A stretch of DNA of 64,000 nucleotides from an uncultured Bacteroidales bacterium. GTDB lineage: Bacteria; Bacteroidota; Bacteroidia; Bacteroidales; Bacteroidaceae. How positions within the stretch are numbered: position 1 is the first letter of the stretch; each line of letters opens with the position of its first letter. A model generated the notes under the pieces. The model ran no database searches. It saw only the letters and a list, made by a program, of their open reading frames with translations, and was not told the origin of the DNA. Shown here in pieces: positions 27,095 to 36,446 of the stretch. A program made the position numbers and the translations under genes. The stretch lies in the NCBI GenBank assembly GCA_902787575.1, contig CADAGX010000013.1, forward strand, positions 172 through 64,171, read 5' to 3'.

Positions 27095-27496
27095 GGGGCT
27101 GACATGGATTTGACAGCAGGAGAGGTGCCTGTGTAAGCACGCAGTGAGCCGGTAACCACTCACTCTAATCAAGGTTTCCAACGAAATTTATCTGGCGAAA
27201 ACAATTACGCTCTCGCTGCCTAACCGAAGCATAGTAGGTTCTTGGCTTTATTTCGGCACCAGGTGCTGAAACGAGATGTCACTCTGGAGCTCTGGCTCCG
27301 AAGCGTCCAGGCAAAGTGGCACAGCAACGTCGGAGATAGCCCGTCGCAGCCTCGCGCGAGCGGGTGAAAACTTAGAGGATAAGGCGAAGGTTGGTGGCCC
27401 AGGTCTTGCCTCCGCTCGAAAATGCAGGCTGGGATAAGCGTGTAGAAAGCATTGGTCGTCCCTGTTTGGACGAGGGTTCAATCCCCTCCAGCTCCA
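27095..27496 (+). ncRNA. ssrA: tmRNA (SsrA)
   Basis: The 5' GGGGCTGA pairs with the 3' ...CAGCTCCA. A T-arm-like GGACGAGGGTTCAATCCCCTCC is present. The tag ORF GGCGAAAACAATTACGCTCTCGCTGCCTAA (27194-27223) encodes GENNYALAA*. Confidence 0.92.
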
Positions 27497-27659
27497 CTTT
27501 CTTTGTGACGAGGGTACGCGAGGCAGGCGCACAGGCAAGTGACGCACTGCCGCGCCCGGCCCTGACTCTCGCACAGGCGGTAGCAGTGCCACGGGAGCAA
27601 AGAAAAAGAATCTGTCACCGACACGTTTCAGGACACACAAATCATAAGATAGACCCCAC

Positions 27660-28841
27660 ATGAAAGAACTTCAACTCAAGTACGGGTGCAACCCCAATCA
27701 GAAGCCCTCGCGCATCTTTATGGAGCAGGGCGAGTTGCCAATACAGGTGCTCAACGGCCGTCCCGGATATATCAACTTTCTGGACGCACTCAACAGCTGG
27801 CAGTTGGTGAAGGAACTGAAGGAAGCCACAGGGCTGCCCGCCGCCGCCTCGTTCAAGCACGTGTCTCCGGCCGGCGCTGCAGTCGGCCTGCCGCTGAGCG
27901 ACACACTGGCTCACATATACTTTGTGGATGATGTGAAGCTGCCGCTCTCGCCCATTGCCTGTGCTTACGCCCGTGCCCGCGGTGCCGACCGCATGTCGAG
28001 CTACGGCGACTTCATCGCTCTGAGTGACACGTGCGACGAAGCCACTGCCACACTTATCAAACGCGAGGTGAGCGACGGCGTTATCGCGCCCGGCTACACA
28101 GACGAAGCGCTACAGATACTGCGCGAGAAGCGCAAGGGCACCTATAATGTCATTCAGATCGACCCGACCTACCGCCCGGAACCCATCGAGCGGAAGCAGG
28201 TGTTCGGCATCACATTCGAGCAAGGCCGCAACGAGGTGTGTCTTTCCGACCCGTCGCTCTTCGAGAATGTGCCCACACAGAACAAGGAATTCACGCCCGA
28301 GGCACGCCGCGACCTCATCGTGGCGCTCATCACGCTCAAGTACACACAGAGCAATAGCGTGTGCTACGTCAAAGACGGACAGGCCATAGGCATCGGAGCC
28401 GGACAGCAAAGCCGCATACACTGCACGCGTCTGGCCGGCAATAAGGCCGACATCTGGTGGCTACGACAACACCCGCAGGTGATGGCTCTCCCGTTCCGCC
28501 CCGACATCCGCCGCGCCGACCGCGACAACACCATCGACATCTATATCTCCGACGACTGGGAAGACGTGCTGGCCGACGGCGAATGGCAGAAATTCTTCAC
28601 ACAGAAGCCCGAACCGCTCAGTCGCGAGGATAAGAAAGCGTGGATTGCACGCAATACAGACGTAGCGCTGGGCAGCGACGCGTTTTTCCCGTTTGGCGAC
28701 AACGTGGAGCGCGCCCACAAGAGCGGTGTGCGCTTCATCGCCCAGGCTGGCGGCTCGGTGCGCGACGACCACGTCATCGAGACTTGCGACAAATACGGCA
28801 TAGCGATGGCATTTACCGGCGTGCGTCTCTTCCACCATTGA
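27660..28841 (+). CDS. AICAR-transformylase-domain protein (PurH-like, no IMP cyclohydrolase domain)
   Basis: LKYGCNPNQ, SFKHVSPAG and GIGAGQQSRIH motifs of the AICARFT domain. The length is 393 aa. Confidence 0.8.
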   Translation: MKELQLKYGCNPNQKPSRIFMEQGELPIQVLNGRPGYINFLDALNSWQLVKELKEATGLPAAASFKHVSPAGAAVGLPLSDTLAHIYFVDDVKLPLSPIACAYARARGADRMSSYGDFIALSDTCDEATATLIKREVSDGVIAPGYTDEALQILREKRKGTYNVIQIDPTYRPEPIERKQVFGITFEQGRNEVCLSDPSLFENVPTQNKEFTPEARRDLIVALITLKYTQSNSVCYVKDGQAIGIGAGQQSRIHCTRLAGNKADIWWLRQHPQVMALPFRPDIRRADRDNTIDIYISDDWEDVLADGEWQKFFTQKPEPLSREDKKAWIARNTDVALGSDAFFPFGDNVERAHKSGVRFIAQAGGSVRDDHVIETCDKYGIAMAFTGVRLFHH

Positions 28842-28854
28842 TAAGTTTTCAGTT

Positions 28855-29061
28855 ATGGCACACTTTGGAGGCGACGACATAGATGCCGTCATCATGGGCG
28901 GCATTACGTTTCGCGGCGGTGCGAAGAAGACCAAGGCGAAAGAAGAGGAGAAGGTGAAGACAAAGGCTAAGAAAAAGCAATACATCACCGGCGCCCACGG
29001 CTCTGCTTCGGCCAAGAAGAAAGCCGACATCCGCCAGCGGCGCGCCAACCGACACAAGTAA
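28855..29061 (+). CDS. Small lysine-rich hypothetical protein (68 aa)
   Basis: The ORF is followed by a clean intrinsic terminator. I recognise no family. Confidence 0.35.
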   Translation: MAHFGGDDIDAVIMGGITFRGGAKKTKAKEEEKVKTKAKKKQYITGAHGSASAKKKADIRQRRANRHK

Positions 29062-29071
29062 GACACTGACA

Positions 29072-29106
29072 GGGCGGGCAACCAAAAGGTTGTCCGCCCG
29101 TTTTAT
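29072..29106 (+). terminator. Rho-independent terminator
   Basis: GGGCGGGCAACC-AAAA-GGTTGTCCGCCC (12-bp stem with 1 G-U pair) followed by GTTTTAT. Confidence 0.6.
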
Positions 29107-29172
29107 CTCCCTTCGCTGCCACATCAGAGAAATTGCGCCTCGAACCAGACGAGGCGACGCAGGGCCTTTTAT

Positions 29173-29817
29173 CTACTCAGCCTTGCCACTCTTCTCGGGC
29201 TCGACATGCGATATCTGCAACGTGCCGTTTGGTTTCTTCTCGAAGACAAAAACTCCCTGCCGCAGCATGTTTTTGTCATGGTCGAAAATGATGCTGCTGT
29301 CGAACGCCTTTCCGCGCACACGCGTCTCGAAGTGGAGATGCTCTGTGGTGGCTCGCCCTGTGCGTCCCTCCAGTGCCAGCGGGTCGCCCGCATGCACCCA
29401 CTGCCCCACTCGCACTAAGATTTTGGAATGATGGCTGTAGAGTGTCTCGAGGCCATTGGCGTGACGCAGCACTACGCAGTTGCCGTAACCGTAATGTACA
29501 CCGGCCAACATCACCTCGCCGGCAAAGGCAGCGCGAATGGTGTCGTTCGGGAATGTTTTCACATCGGTGCCAGCGTGGTGGCGCGCCCCGCCGTAAGGAC
29601 TGATGACGCGTGCACCGGGCAGCGGATAGTGCCACTCCTCGACAGTGTAATTGGCAAAATTGATGGTAAACTGGTTCTGCTTTGCAAATGGATCCTTGGC
29701 CGCTTCTACGCGCAGCACCTGCCATTCGTCGATGTCTGCCACCTCCTCATCCTTCTGTGCGTGAGACGTCAGGAATGCGAAGGAAAGCAAGAGTGAAAAG
29801 AAGATTTGCTTTTTCAT
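29173..29817 (-). CDS. M23-family metallopeptidase
   Basis: HHAGTD and GRATTEHLHFE (H.H) motifs, plus a signal peptide. Confidence 0.85.
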   Translation of the reverse strand: MKKQIFFSLLLSFAFLTSHAQKDEEVADIDEWQVLRVEAAKDPFAKQNQFTINFANYTVEEWHYPLPGARVISPYGGARHHAGTDVKTFPNDTIRAAFAGEVMLAGVHYGYGNCVVLRHANGLETLYSHHSKILVRVGQWVHAGDPLALEGRTGRATTEHLHFETRVRGKAFDSSIIFDHDKNMLRQGVFVFEKKPNGTLQISHVEPEKSGKAE

Positions 29818-30611
29818 GGTTTGAGCATTATTCCGTTTAATATTCTACCCGATTCCGTTCCCAGCCGCCGCGCACTGAAGAAGCGGTCGGCATTGTTGTA
29901 GGTGCAGATGCCGCTCACTTGGACGTCCTCGACGCCCAGTTGCTGCAACTGCCAGCGGTTGGCCTCCCAAAGGTCGATGTGCCAGCGCCCCATGCGACGA
30001 GCAATGCGCTGCATAGGGAAGTCTGCTGCGCGGAATGCCTCGTACACTTCGTCGCCAACCTCGAATGCCTCGAGCGAGATGCCGGGACCGATGACGGCGC
30101 GGAGTGCCGACGGACGAGTGCCGAGCCGGGCCGTCATCTCGGCTATGACCTTTTCCACAATGCGAGCCGCAGTGCCGCGCCAACCAGCATGAACGGCAGC
30201 CACGGATTTCGTCTCGGCATCGTAGAGCAGAATGGGGATGCAATCCGCCGTGCTGACGCATATACAGAGACGCGCCTGCTGTGTCACCAGCGCATCGTAG
30301 CCTTCCAGATTTTCCCCACCGGCAACGAAAGCCACTCGCGTGCCGTGAACCTGATGCGGGAGGAGTATGTTTTCGGTGCCAAGCCACGCAGAGAGTCGGC
30401 GGCGATTCTCCGACACATCGGCCGGCACATCGCCGCAATAAGGATTCACGTTCATCGAAGCGTAGGTGCCACGGCTCACGCCACCGAAACGACACGTGCT
30501 AAAGGCAAAAACTGCAGGTGATAAATCATAAACCACGGCTTGCAGGGAATTTTCTGCCTGCAAGTTTCTGGAGGTACGGCCCTCGGCATTTATGGAAAGG
30601 AAGGGCGTCAT
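29814..30611 (-). CDS. pgeF: Peptidoglycan editing factor PgeF (YfiH/DUF152 family)
   Basis: [16 protein letters not shown] and AVHAGWRG motifs. Confidence 0.85.
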   Translation of the reverse strand: MTPFLSINAEGRTSRNLQAENSLQAVVYDLSPAVFAFSTCRFGGVSRGTYASMNVNPYCGDVPADVSENRRRLSAWLGTENILLPHQVHGTRVAFVAGGENLEGYDALVTQQARLCICVSTADCIPILLYDAETKSVAAVHAGWRGTAARIVEKVIAEMTARLGTRPSALRAVIGPGISLEAFEVGDEVYEAFRAADFPMQRIARRMGRWHIDLWEANRWQLQQLGVEDVQVSGICTYNNADRFFSARRLGTESGRILNGIMLKP

Positions 30612-31786
30612 TCGTCGTCTTCCACGTCCACAATCTCGAAGTCATCCTCGTCTAAAAATTCTACTTCCTCATCCGGCACAACAATTTCCTCGTCTTCGCC
30701 CTCATCCTCCATTTCGCGGGCGAGGAACGAAAGGTCCTTGTTGCGGTGAACAAGCGTGTCTTGCTGCGTGATGGCCTTCAGTTTGTTACTCTCGCTGTTC
30801 AGCGCACGCCACAGCACGTCTTTGAGTTCGGCAATGCCACGGCCAGAAACCGCACTGATGAACACCGTCGGGACGCCTTCTGGCAGGTCGGCCGACAGCA
30901 TCTCCACGAGTTCGTCGTCTAACAGGTCGCACTTTGTCACGGCCAACACGCGCTGCTTGTCGAGCAACTCGGGATTGAAGGTTCCCACCTCGCGTAGAAG
31001 AATTTCATATTCCTTGCGGATGTCGTCCGTATCGCCCGGCACCATGAAAAGCAACAGGCTGTTGCGCTCGATATGTCGCAGGAAACGCAGGCCAAGGCCA
31101 CGTCCCTCGCTGGCTCCCTCGATGATACCCGGAATGTCTGCCATGACGAAAGACTGGCCGTCGCGGTAGGGAACGATGCCAAGGCTGGGCTCCATTGTGG
31201 TAAACGGATAGCCGGCAATCTTGGGCTTCGCGCTGGAAACGGCGCTGAGCAAGGTGCTTTTTCCGGCGTTTGGGAAGCCCACAAGTCCTACGTCGGCCAG
31301 CAGCTTCAGTTCCAGGATGACGGTCAGCTCGCGCATAGGTTCGCCGGGCTGCGCAAAGCGTGGCGTTTGGTTGGTCGACGTACGGAAGTTCCAGTTTCCC
31401 AACCCGCCGCGTCCGCCTTTCAGCAGCATCACTACCTGACCGTCCTCTGTGACATCACAGATGTATTCGCCCGTCTCGGCGTTATAGACCACTGTTCCGC
31501 ACGGGACATCGATATACTTATCTTCGCCCTGCGCACCGGTGCTGCGACTTTGGCCGCCGTTTCCGCCGTGTCCGGCAAAGACATGACGTTCGTAGCGCAG
31601 ATGGAGCAGCGTCCAGTAGTTGTGGTTTCCGCGCAAGTACACGTGGCCGCCACGTCCGCCATCGCCGCCATCCGGCCCTCCGTTGGGCACATACTTAGCG
31701 CGATGCAGGTGCATACTTCCGCGGCCACCCTTGCCCGAGCGGCAACATATCTTCACATAATCTACAAAGTTGCTTTCCATTGCCAA
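30608..31786 (-). CDS. obg: GTPase Obg/CgtA
   Basis: Obg fold N-terminus (FVDYVKI..RSGKGG..., GGDGG), G-domain GFPNAGKST, and an acidic tail. Confidence 0.95.
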   Translation of the reverse strand: MAMESNFVDYVKICCRSGKGGRGSMHLHRAKYVPNGGPDGGDGGRGGHVYLRGNHNYWTLLHLRYERHVFAGHGGNGGQSRSTGAQGEDKYIDVPCGTVVYNAETGEYICDVTEDGQVVMLLKGGRGGLGNWNFRTSTNQTPRFAQPGEPMRELTVILELKLLADVGLVGFPNAGKSTLLSAVSSAKPKIAGYPFTTMEPSLGIVPYRDGQSFVMADIPGIIEGASEGRGLGLRFLRHIERNSLLLFMVPGDTDDIRKEYEILLREVGTFNPELLDKQRVLAVTKCDLLDDELVEMLSADLPEGVPTVFISAVSGRGIAELKDVLWRALNSESNKLKAITQQDTLVHRNKDLSFLAREMEDEGEDEEIVVPDEEVEFLDEDDFEIVDVEDDE

Positions 31787-31840
31787 GATTGTAATTCAGC
31801 TTTTTGGATGTCAGACGCAGGAAACCGGGGGCAGCACGCG

Positions 31841-32422
31841 CTACGCGTTTTCCTCTTCGATGACCTGGAAGACGCGCGCTATCATTTCCTCCTTGCTGGG
31901 ATGCTCCTCCCACGAAACGATGTGGCGTATGCCTTCTTTCTCGAACCATTCGGCCAGCGGAGCCGTCTGCGTATGATAGACATTGAAGCGCTTGCGGATG
32001 GTTTCCTCGTTATCATCCGCGCGGCCCTGCTCGATGGCACGACGCAAAAGGCGCATGAGCAGAATATCTTCGGTCACCACAAGCTCTATCATCATGCCCA
32101 TCTCGTGTCCGCGCTCAGCCAGCATCTTTTTCAGTGCCTCAGCCTGTGGTATCGTACGCGGGAAGCCGTCGAAGATAACACCTTTGCCGGCCGGCATTTC
32201 GTCGTACACTTTTGCCAAAATGTTCACCATCAACTCGTCGGGAATGAGCTGCCCCTGATCGATGTATCCCTGTGCAATCTTTCCCAACTGCGTGCCTTGT
32301 TTAATCTCGGCACGCAACACATCGCCCGTGCTGATGTGTCCCATGCCATACTTCTCCATGATGGCCTCGCTGTAAGTGCCTTTGCCCGAGCCGGGCGCAC
32401 CGAAAATAATGATATTTTTCAT
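31841..32422 (-). CDS. adk: Adenylate kinase
   Basis: GAPGSGKGT P-loop and the short lid-less form (193 aa). Confidence 0.95.
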   Translation of the reverse strand: MKNIIIFGAPGSGKGTYSEAIMEKYGMGHISTGDVLRAEIKQGTQLGKIAQGYIDQGQLIPDELMVNILAKVYDEMPAGKGVIFDGFPRTIPQAEALKKMLAERGHEMGMMIELVVTEDILLMRLLRRAIEQGRADDNEETIRKRFNVYHTQTAPLAEWFEKEGIRHIVSWEEHPSKEEMIARVFQVIEEENA

Positions 32423-32468
32423 TCTGCGTATTTATTCTTTGGGAGTGTGCCTCCCGTCTTTTCCATAT

Positions 32469-33023
32469 TTACTTTTCTCCGTTCTCGGGGATCAACGTGT
32501 AGATGTCCTTCGTGTTGCGTCCGAATCCGTCGTAATCCAAACCATAGCCCACAATGAAGTCGTTGGGAATCTGCATGCAGCAGTAGCGCACATCAAGGCT
32601 GACTTGCAGTTTGCCAGGCTTCAGCAGTAGCGCGCAGATGTCCACGCTGGCAGGATTCTGGCTCTTCAGCGTATCGAGCATGTGCGCCATCGTCAGTCCC
32701 GTGTCCACAATATCCTCTACCACAATGACGGGCCGTCCGGTTATATCCGTATTAAGTCCGATGACTTCCCTGATTTCTCCGGTGGTGTTCACGCCCTGAT
32801 AGGAAGCAAGTTTCACAAACGAGATTTCGCAGGGAAGCGTTATTTCGCGCAGCAGGTCGGCGGCAAAAATAAACGAGCCGTTGAGGACTGCGAGGAAGAC
32901 CGGCTGCCGGCCTGCGTAATCACGATTTATTTCTTGCGCCACGCGGCAAACTTCTTTTTGCAGTTGCTCGGCAGGAATCGACACGGCAAATTCCTTGTCC
33001 TTAACCTTGATTGTCTTCGTCAT
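32469..33023 (-). CDS. hpt: Hypoxanthine phosphoribosyltransferase
   Basis: VIVVEDIVDTGLT PRPP-binding motif. The size is 184 aa. Confidence 0.9.
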   Translation of the reverse strand: MTKTIKVKDKEFAVSIPAEQLQKEVCRVAQEINRDYAGRQPVFLAVLNGSFIFAADLLREITLPCEISFVKLASYQGVNTTGEIREVIGLNTDITGRPVIVVEDIVDTGLTMAHMLDTLKSQNPASVDICALLLKPGKLQVSLDVRYCCMQIPNDFIVGYGLDYDGFGRNTKDIYTLIPENGEK

Positions 33024-33055
33024 GTTCTTTTGGATTATACGTTATCACGCTTGCA

Positions 33056-33063
33056 AAGTTACA
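33056..33063 (-). promoter_or_regulatory. -7 box (TAACTTTG on minus strand)
   Basis: Lies 32 nt upstream of the hpt ATG at 33023. Confidence 0.4.
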
Positions 33064-33180
33064 ACATTTTCTGTCTCCACCAAAACGAACGCAGCCATTT
33101 TATTTCCCGACGAAAGGCGAAGGCTGTCAAAAAGGCGAAAGAAATCTGCACTTTCCTTTGAAGAATTCAGTCATTTAACG

Positions 33181-33188
33181 TAACTTTG
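33181..33188 (+). promoter_or_regulatory. -7 box (TAACTTTG) with a -33 TTTG at 33156-33159
   Basis: The box ends only 5 nt before ATG 33194, which implies a leaderless or near-leaderless mRNA. Confidence 0.4.
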
Positions 33189-33193
33189 CACCC

Positions 33194-34024
33194 ATGAAGT
33201 CCGAGATTCGGCCACAGGACATAGCCACCATGCTGCACATCCGACCGCGCGATGCGCACAAGGGAACGATGGGTCACGCCCTGCTCGTGGCGGGAAGCCA
33301 CGGAATGGCAGGTTGCGCCATGTTGGCCGCCGAGTCGTGCTTGCGCAGCGGTGCTGGAAAAGTAACCGTATGGACCGCCGAGGCCAACCGCATTCCACTG
33401 CATTGCGCAGTGCCGGAAGCCATTCTTTGTCTGCGGGAGACGTGCGATGCCACCGGTTTTCAAGCACTGGGCATCGGGCCAGGCATGGGACTTAGCGAAG
33501 AGGCGGCCCACCGGCTGCATTGCCTCCTTGCGCACTCCGAGGCGCCCCTTGTGCTGGATGCCGATGCGCTGCACTTGCTGGCAGCACATACCGAGTGGGC
33601 AGAATTGCTGGCCGAGCGGGCCATCCTAACACCCCATGCAGGGGAGATGCGACACTTGTCTGCAGGATTCGGACTCGAGGCAGACGTGGCTGAAAGCGCA
33701 TGCAAGCTGGCTGCGGCGAAGCGTCTGACGATTGTGCTGAAAGGCCACCCGACGCTCATCTGCTTCCCCGATGGTTCCGCCGTAGAGTGCATGCAAGGCA
33801 ACCCGGGGATGGCCACAGCCGGCAGCGGCGACGTACTGACGGGACTAGTAGCAGGCCTGCTGGCACAGGGATATACGACAGCCGAGGCTGCGCAACTGGC
33901 CGTTTGGCTACACGCCACAGCGGGCGACATAGCTGCCGAGGAAATGGGCGAAGAGTGTATGCTGGCGCGCGACATCCTGCGCCACTTGCCCGACGCCTTC
34001 AGAAGTTTAAAGAACAGATTATAG
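33194..34024 (+). CDS. nnrD: ADP-dependent NAD(P)H-hydrate dehydratase (YjeF C-terminal domain only)
   Basis: HKGTMGHALLVAGS and ATAGSGDVLTG motifs. Confidence 0.85.
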   Translation: MKSEIRPQDIATMLHIRPRDAHKGTMGHALLVAGSHGMAGCAMLAAESCLRSGAGKVTVWTAEANRIPLHCAVPEAILCLRETCDATGFQALGIGPGMGLSEEAAHRLHCLLAHSEAPLVLDADALHLLAAHTEWAELLAERAILTPHAGEMRHLSAGFGLEADVAESACKLAAAKRLTIVLKGHPTLICFPDGSAVECMQGNPGMATAGSGDVLTGLVAGLLAQGYTTAEAAQLAVWLHATAGDIAAEEMGEECMLARDILRHLPDAFRSLKNRL

Positions 34025-34038
34025 CATCGTACATACAC

Positions 34039-35103
34039 ATGAAAAGGAAACTATTATTCGCATTTTGCGCGCTGAGCGCCACCCTGCTCCACGCACAGAC
34101 CGAAGTGGAGCCGTTCGTACCGGGAACCACACTGGAGGGCGTCTCGTACTTCCTGCCTCGCACAGCATTCCGCGTAACTGTGGTAGCCGAGAAGACCGTC
34201 ACGCGGCCCGGCGATTTCTTCCGCTACGCCGAGCGCTACCTCCGACTGAAGGATGTGCCGCAGGCAGAGAACGTCGAATGGAGCATCAAGAGCATTACGC
34301 TGGAGCCATACGGAGTGCCGGACAAAGAGAAAGCATACAGCATAAAGATAAAAAGCAAGACCGTGGCACCGCTGGTGGGCCTTAGCAAGGACGGCATTCT
34401 GCTGAGCATCAATGCCGATGCCGAAGAGGAAACATTGCCTGCTCCGCCTAAGGGCGAGGCTGCCGCCAAGTTGGAGAATCCACGCGACTACATGACACAG
34501 GAGATTCTGGCCGCAGGCAGCACGGCCAAGATGGCCGAACTCTGCGCGCAGGAGATTTACGACATTCGCGAAAGTCGCAACGCACTGATACGCGGTGAGG
34601 CCGACAACACACCGAAAGACGGCGAGCAACTGAAACTCATGCTGGAACAACTGGACAAACAGGCTTCCGTTCTGGAATCGTTGTTCCGCGGAACGCAGCA
34701 GACCAGCAAGGAGGTATTTACGCTGCATTTCGTACCGACCAAGGAAACCGACCGAGAGGTGCTCTTCCGCTTCTCGTCGCGACTGGGACTGGTGGATGCC
34801 GACGACTTGGCCGGCGAGCCTGTATATGTAAGTGTCAAGCGCACGGAATCGCTGCCCGAGGCAGTGCCGAACGAGCAGACGGCCAAGAAGAAAGAGAAGA
34901 TGGAGCGAGGCGTATATTATAATGTTCCCGCGCGCACGAAAATCACACTCTTCAGCGCACAAAAGAAGTTCATCGAGACGGAAATCCCCATGGGACAGTT
35001 CGGCTCGGTGGAGATACTGTCGAACACGCTTTTCGACAAGAAGGCAACCACACGCGTCACCTTCTTCCAGTCCACAGGCGGCACAAAGGACGTGATGGAA
35101 TGA
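34039..35103 (+). CDS. Secreted protein, DUF4831-like
   Basis: Signal peptide MKRKLLFAFCALSATLLHA. The Y.LP.T...V.V and YAERYL segments are recalled from DUF4831. Confidence 0.5.
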   Translation: MKRKLLFAFCALSATLLHAQTEVEPFVPGTTLEGVSYFLPRTAFRVTVVAEKTVTRPGDFFRYAERYLRLKDVPQAENVEWSIKSITLEPYGVPDKEKAYSIKIKSKTVAPLVGLSKDGILLSINADAEEETLPAPPKGEAAAKLENPRDYMTQEILAAGSTAKMAELCAQEIYDIRESRNALIRGEADNTPKDGEQLKLMLEQLDKQASVLESLFRGTQQTSKEVFTLHFVPTKETDREVLFRFSSRLGLVDADDLAGEPVYVSVKRTESLPEAVPNEQTAKKKEKMERGVYYNVPARTKITLFSAQKKFIETEIPMGQFGSVEILSNTLFDKKATTRVTFFQSTGGTKDVME

Positions 35104-35162
35104 GTGCGACAGGTCGCCTTCGTTTCTAAGACATTAAAACCCAAAAACAAAACACAACGCGT

Positions 35163-35936
35163 ATGAAAAAGTTGTTACTGCTTGCAGCCGTAGCCATTGC
35201 CACGACAAGCACACTGAATGCACAGGAGAAGAAAGACTACCCAAAGCCCGAGGCCATGCGGCCCGGCATGTCTGAGTACTGGACTCCGCAGCCCGAAATC
35301 GTGACGCCTGGCGATGCCCGCACCTGTGCGGCACCCAGCGACGCCATCGTGCTCTTCGACGGAAAGGACCTTTCGGCGTGGACCAACGACAAAGGCGAGG
35401 CAGCCGGCTGGAAAGTGAAGAACGGCGTGGTGACGGTAGACAAATCGAAAGGCGACATCATCACGCGGCAGAAATTCGGCAGCTTCCAGCTCCACATCGA
35501 ATGGTGCGTCCCCAAGGACATCGAAGGCAGCAGCCAGGCACGTGGCAACAGCGGTGTCTTCCTACAGGACAAGTACGAAGTGCAGATTCTCGACTGCTTT
35601 GGAAACGAGACGTACGTCAATGGCATGACCGGCAGCGTGTACAAACAGACGCCGCCACTGGTGAACGCCATGAGACGACCCGGAGAATGGAACGTCTATG
35701 ACATCATCTACACGGCTCCCATCTTCAAGGAAGACGGCACCTACCTCTATCGCCCGTACGTTACCGTGATACAGAACGGCGTACTGCTGCAGAACCACAC
35801 CGAGATACAGGGCACCACCGAATACATCGGCTTCCCACGCGTGGAGAAGCACGGCGACGGCCCCATCCGACTGCAGTCGCATGGCGACCCAAGCAAGCCC
35901 ATCAGCTTCCGCAACATCTGGATTCGTCCGCTCTGA
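35163..35936 (+). CDS. DUF1080 / 3-keto-disaccharide hydrolase-like secreted protein
   Basis: W.VKNG...GDIIT...F..F.L..EW, NSGVFL, EVQILD and a C-terminal I.LQ.HG....FRNIWIRPL. Confidence 0.75.
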   Translation: MKKLLLLAAVAIATTSTLNAQEKKDYPKPEAMRPGMSEYWTPQPEIVTPGDARTCAAPSDAIVLFDGKDLSAWTNDKGEAAGWKVKNGVVTVDKSKGDIITRQKFGSFQLHIEWCVPKDIEGSSQARGNSGVFLQDKYEVQILDCFGNETYVNGMTGSVYKQTPPLVNAMRRPGEWNVYDIIYTAPIFKEDGTYLYRPYVTVIQNGVLLQNHTEIQGTTEYIGFPRVEKHGDGPIRLQSHGDPSKPISFRNIWIRPL

Positions 35937-36271
35937 TGCGCATCATCTACAACCGGCTGTTCCCCTTCGGCTCGTATTGGGCCATCAACCTCTGCGGCAT
36001 CATCTTGGCGCGAGGCGACAAAGGACGGCTGGGACCACAAGAAATGCGCCACGAATACATCCATACGCTGCAACAGCGCGAGATGCTCTTCGTGGCGTTC
36101 TATGTTTTCTATCTTGCCGAATGGTTCGTACGGCTGCTGTATTACCGCAACGCTAGGACTGCCTACTGGAATATCTCGTTCGAACGCGAAGCCTATCACT
36201 GTCAGGCACAGCTGCGCTATCCCGCCAAGCGCAAACCTTTTGCGTGGATACACTATCTGCGCCACGCATAG
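35936..36271 (+). CDS. Small membrane protein with an HExxH motif
   Basis: HEYIH motif between two hydrophobic segments. There is a TGATG overlap with the DUF1080 gene. Confidence 0.45.
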   Translation: MRIIYNRLFPFGSYWAINLCGIILARGDKGRLGPQEMRHEYIHTLQQREMLFVAFYVFYLAEWFVRLLYYRNARTAYWNISFEREAYHCQAQLRYPAKRKPFAWIHYLRHA

Positions 36272-36275
36272 ATCT

Positions 36276-36360
36276 ACAAAAGTTACGTGTAGTTTTTCGA
36301 GATGCGACGTGTAGTTTTCGATGATGCCACGCGTCGCATTTCAGCAGCCACGAGGCAACG
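36276..36360. repeat. Array D of the ACRYGT-core repeat family (3-4 units)
   Basis: Cores sit at 36285, 36307 and 36329 (ACGCGT), with a degenerate 4th. The array lies between convergent genes. Confidence 0.7.
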
Positions 36361-36446
36361 TTCTGCATACAAAGAGGAGGAGACACTGCCGCGGCAATGT
36401 CTCCTCCTTACTATGAGCGCTGATAAGTGCGCCTATGAGCCGACAA

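Noticed and set aside
27497-27659. A ZTP (pfl) riboswitch in front of the purH-like gene.
   Set aside because: I could not find the conserved pfl elements (for example the ...CCGCCTGGGC 3' subdomain). Only generic GC-rich hairpins are present. An Infernal search is needed before any claim.
27095-27700. A genomic island integrated at the tmRNA 3' end.
   Set aside because: There is no integrase, no duplicated copy of the ssrA 3' end, and housekeeping genes follow immediately.
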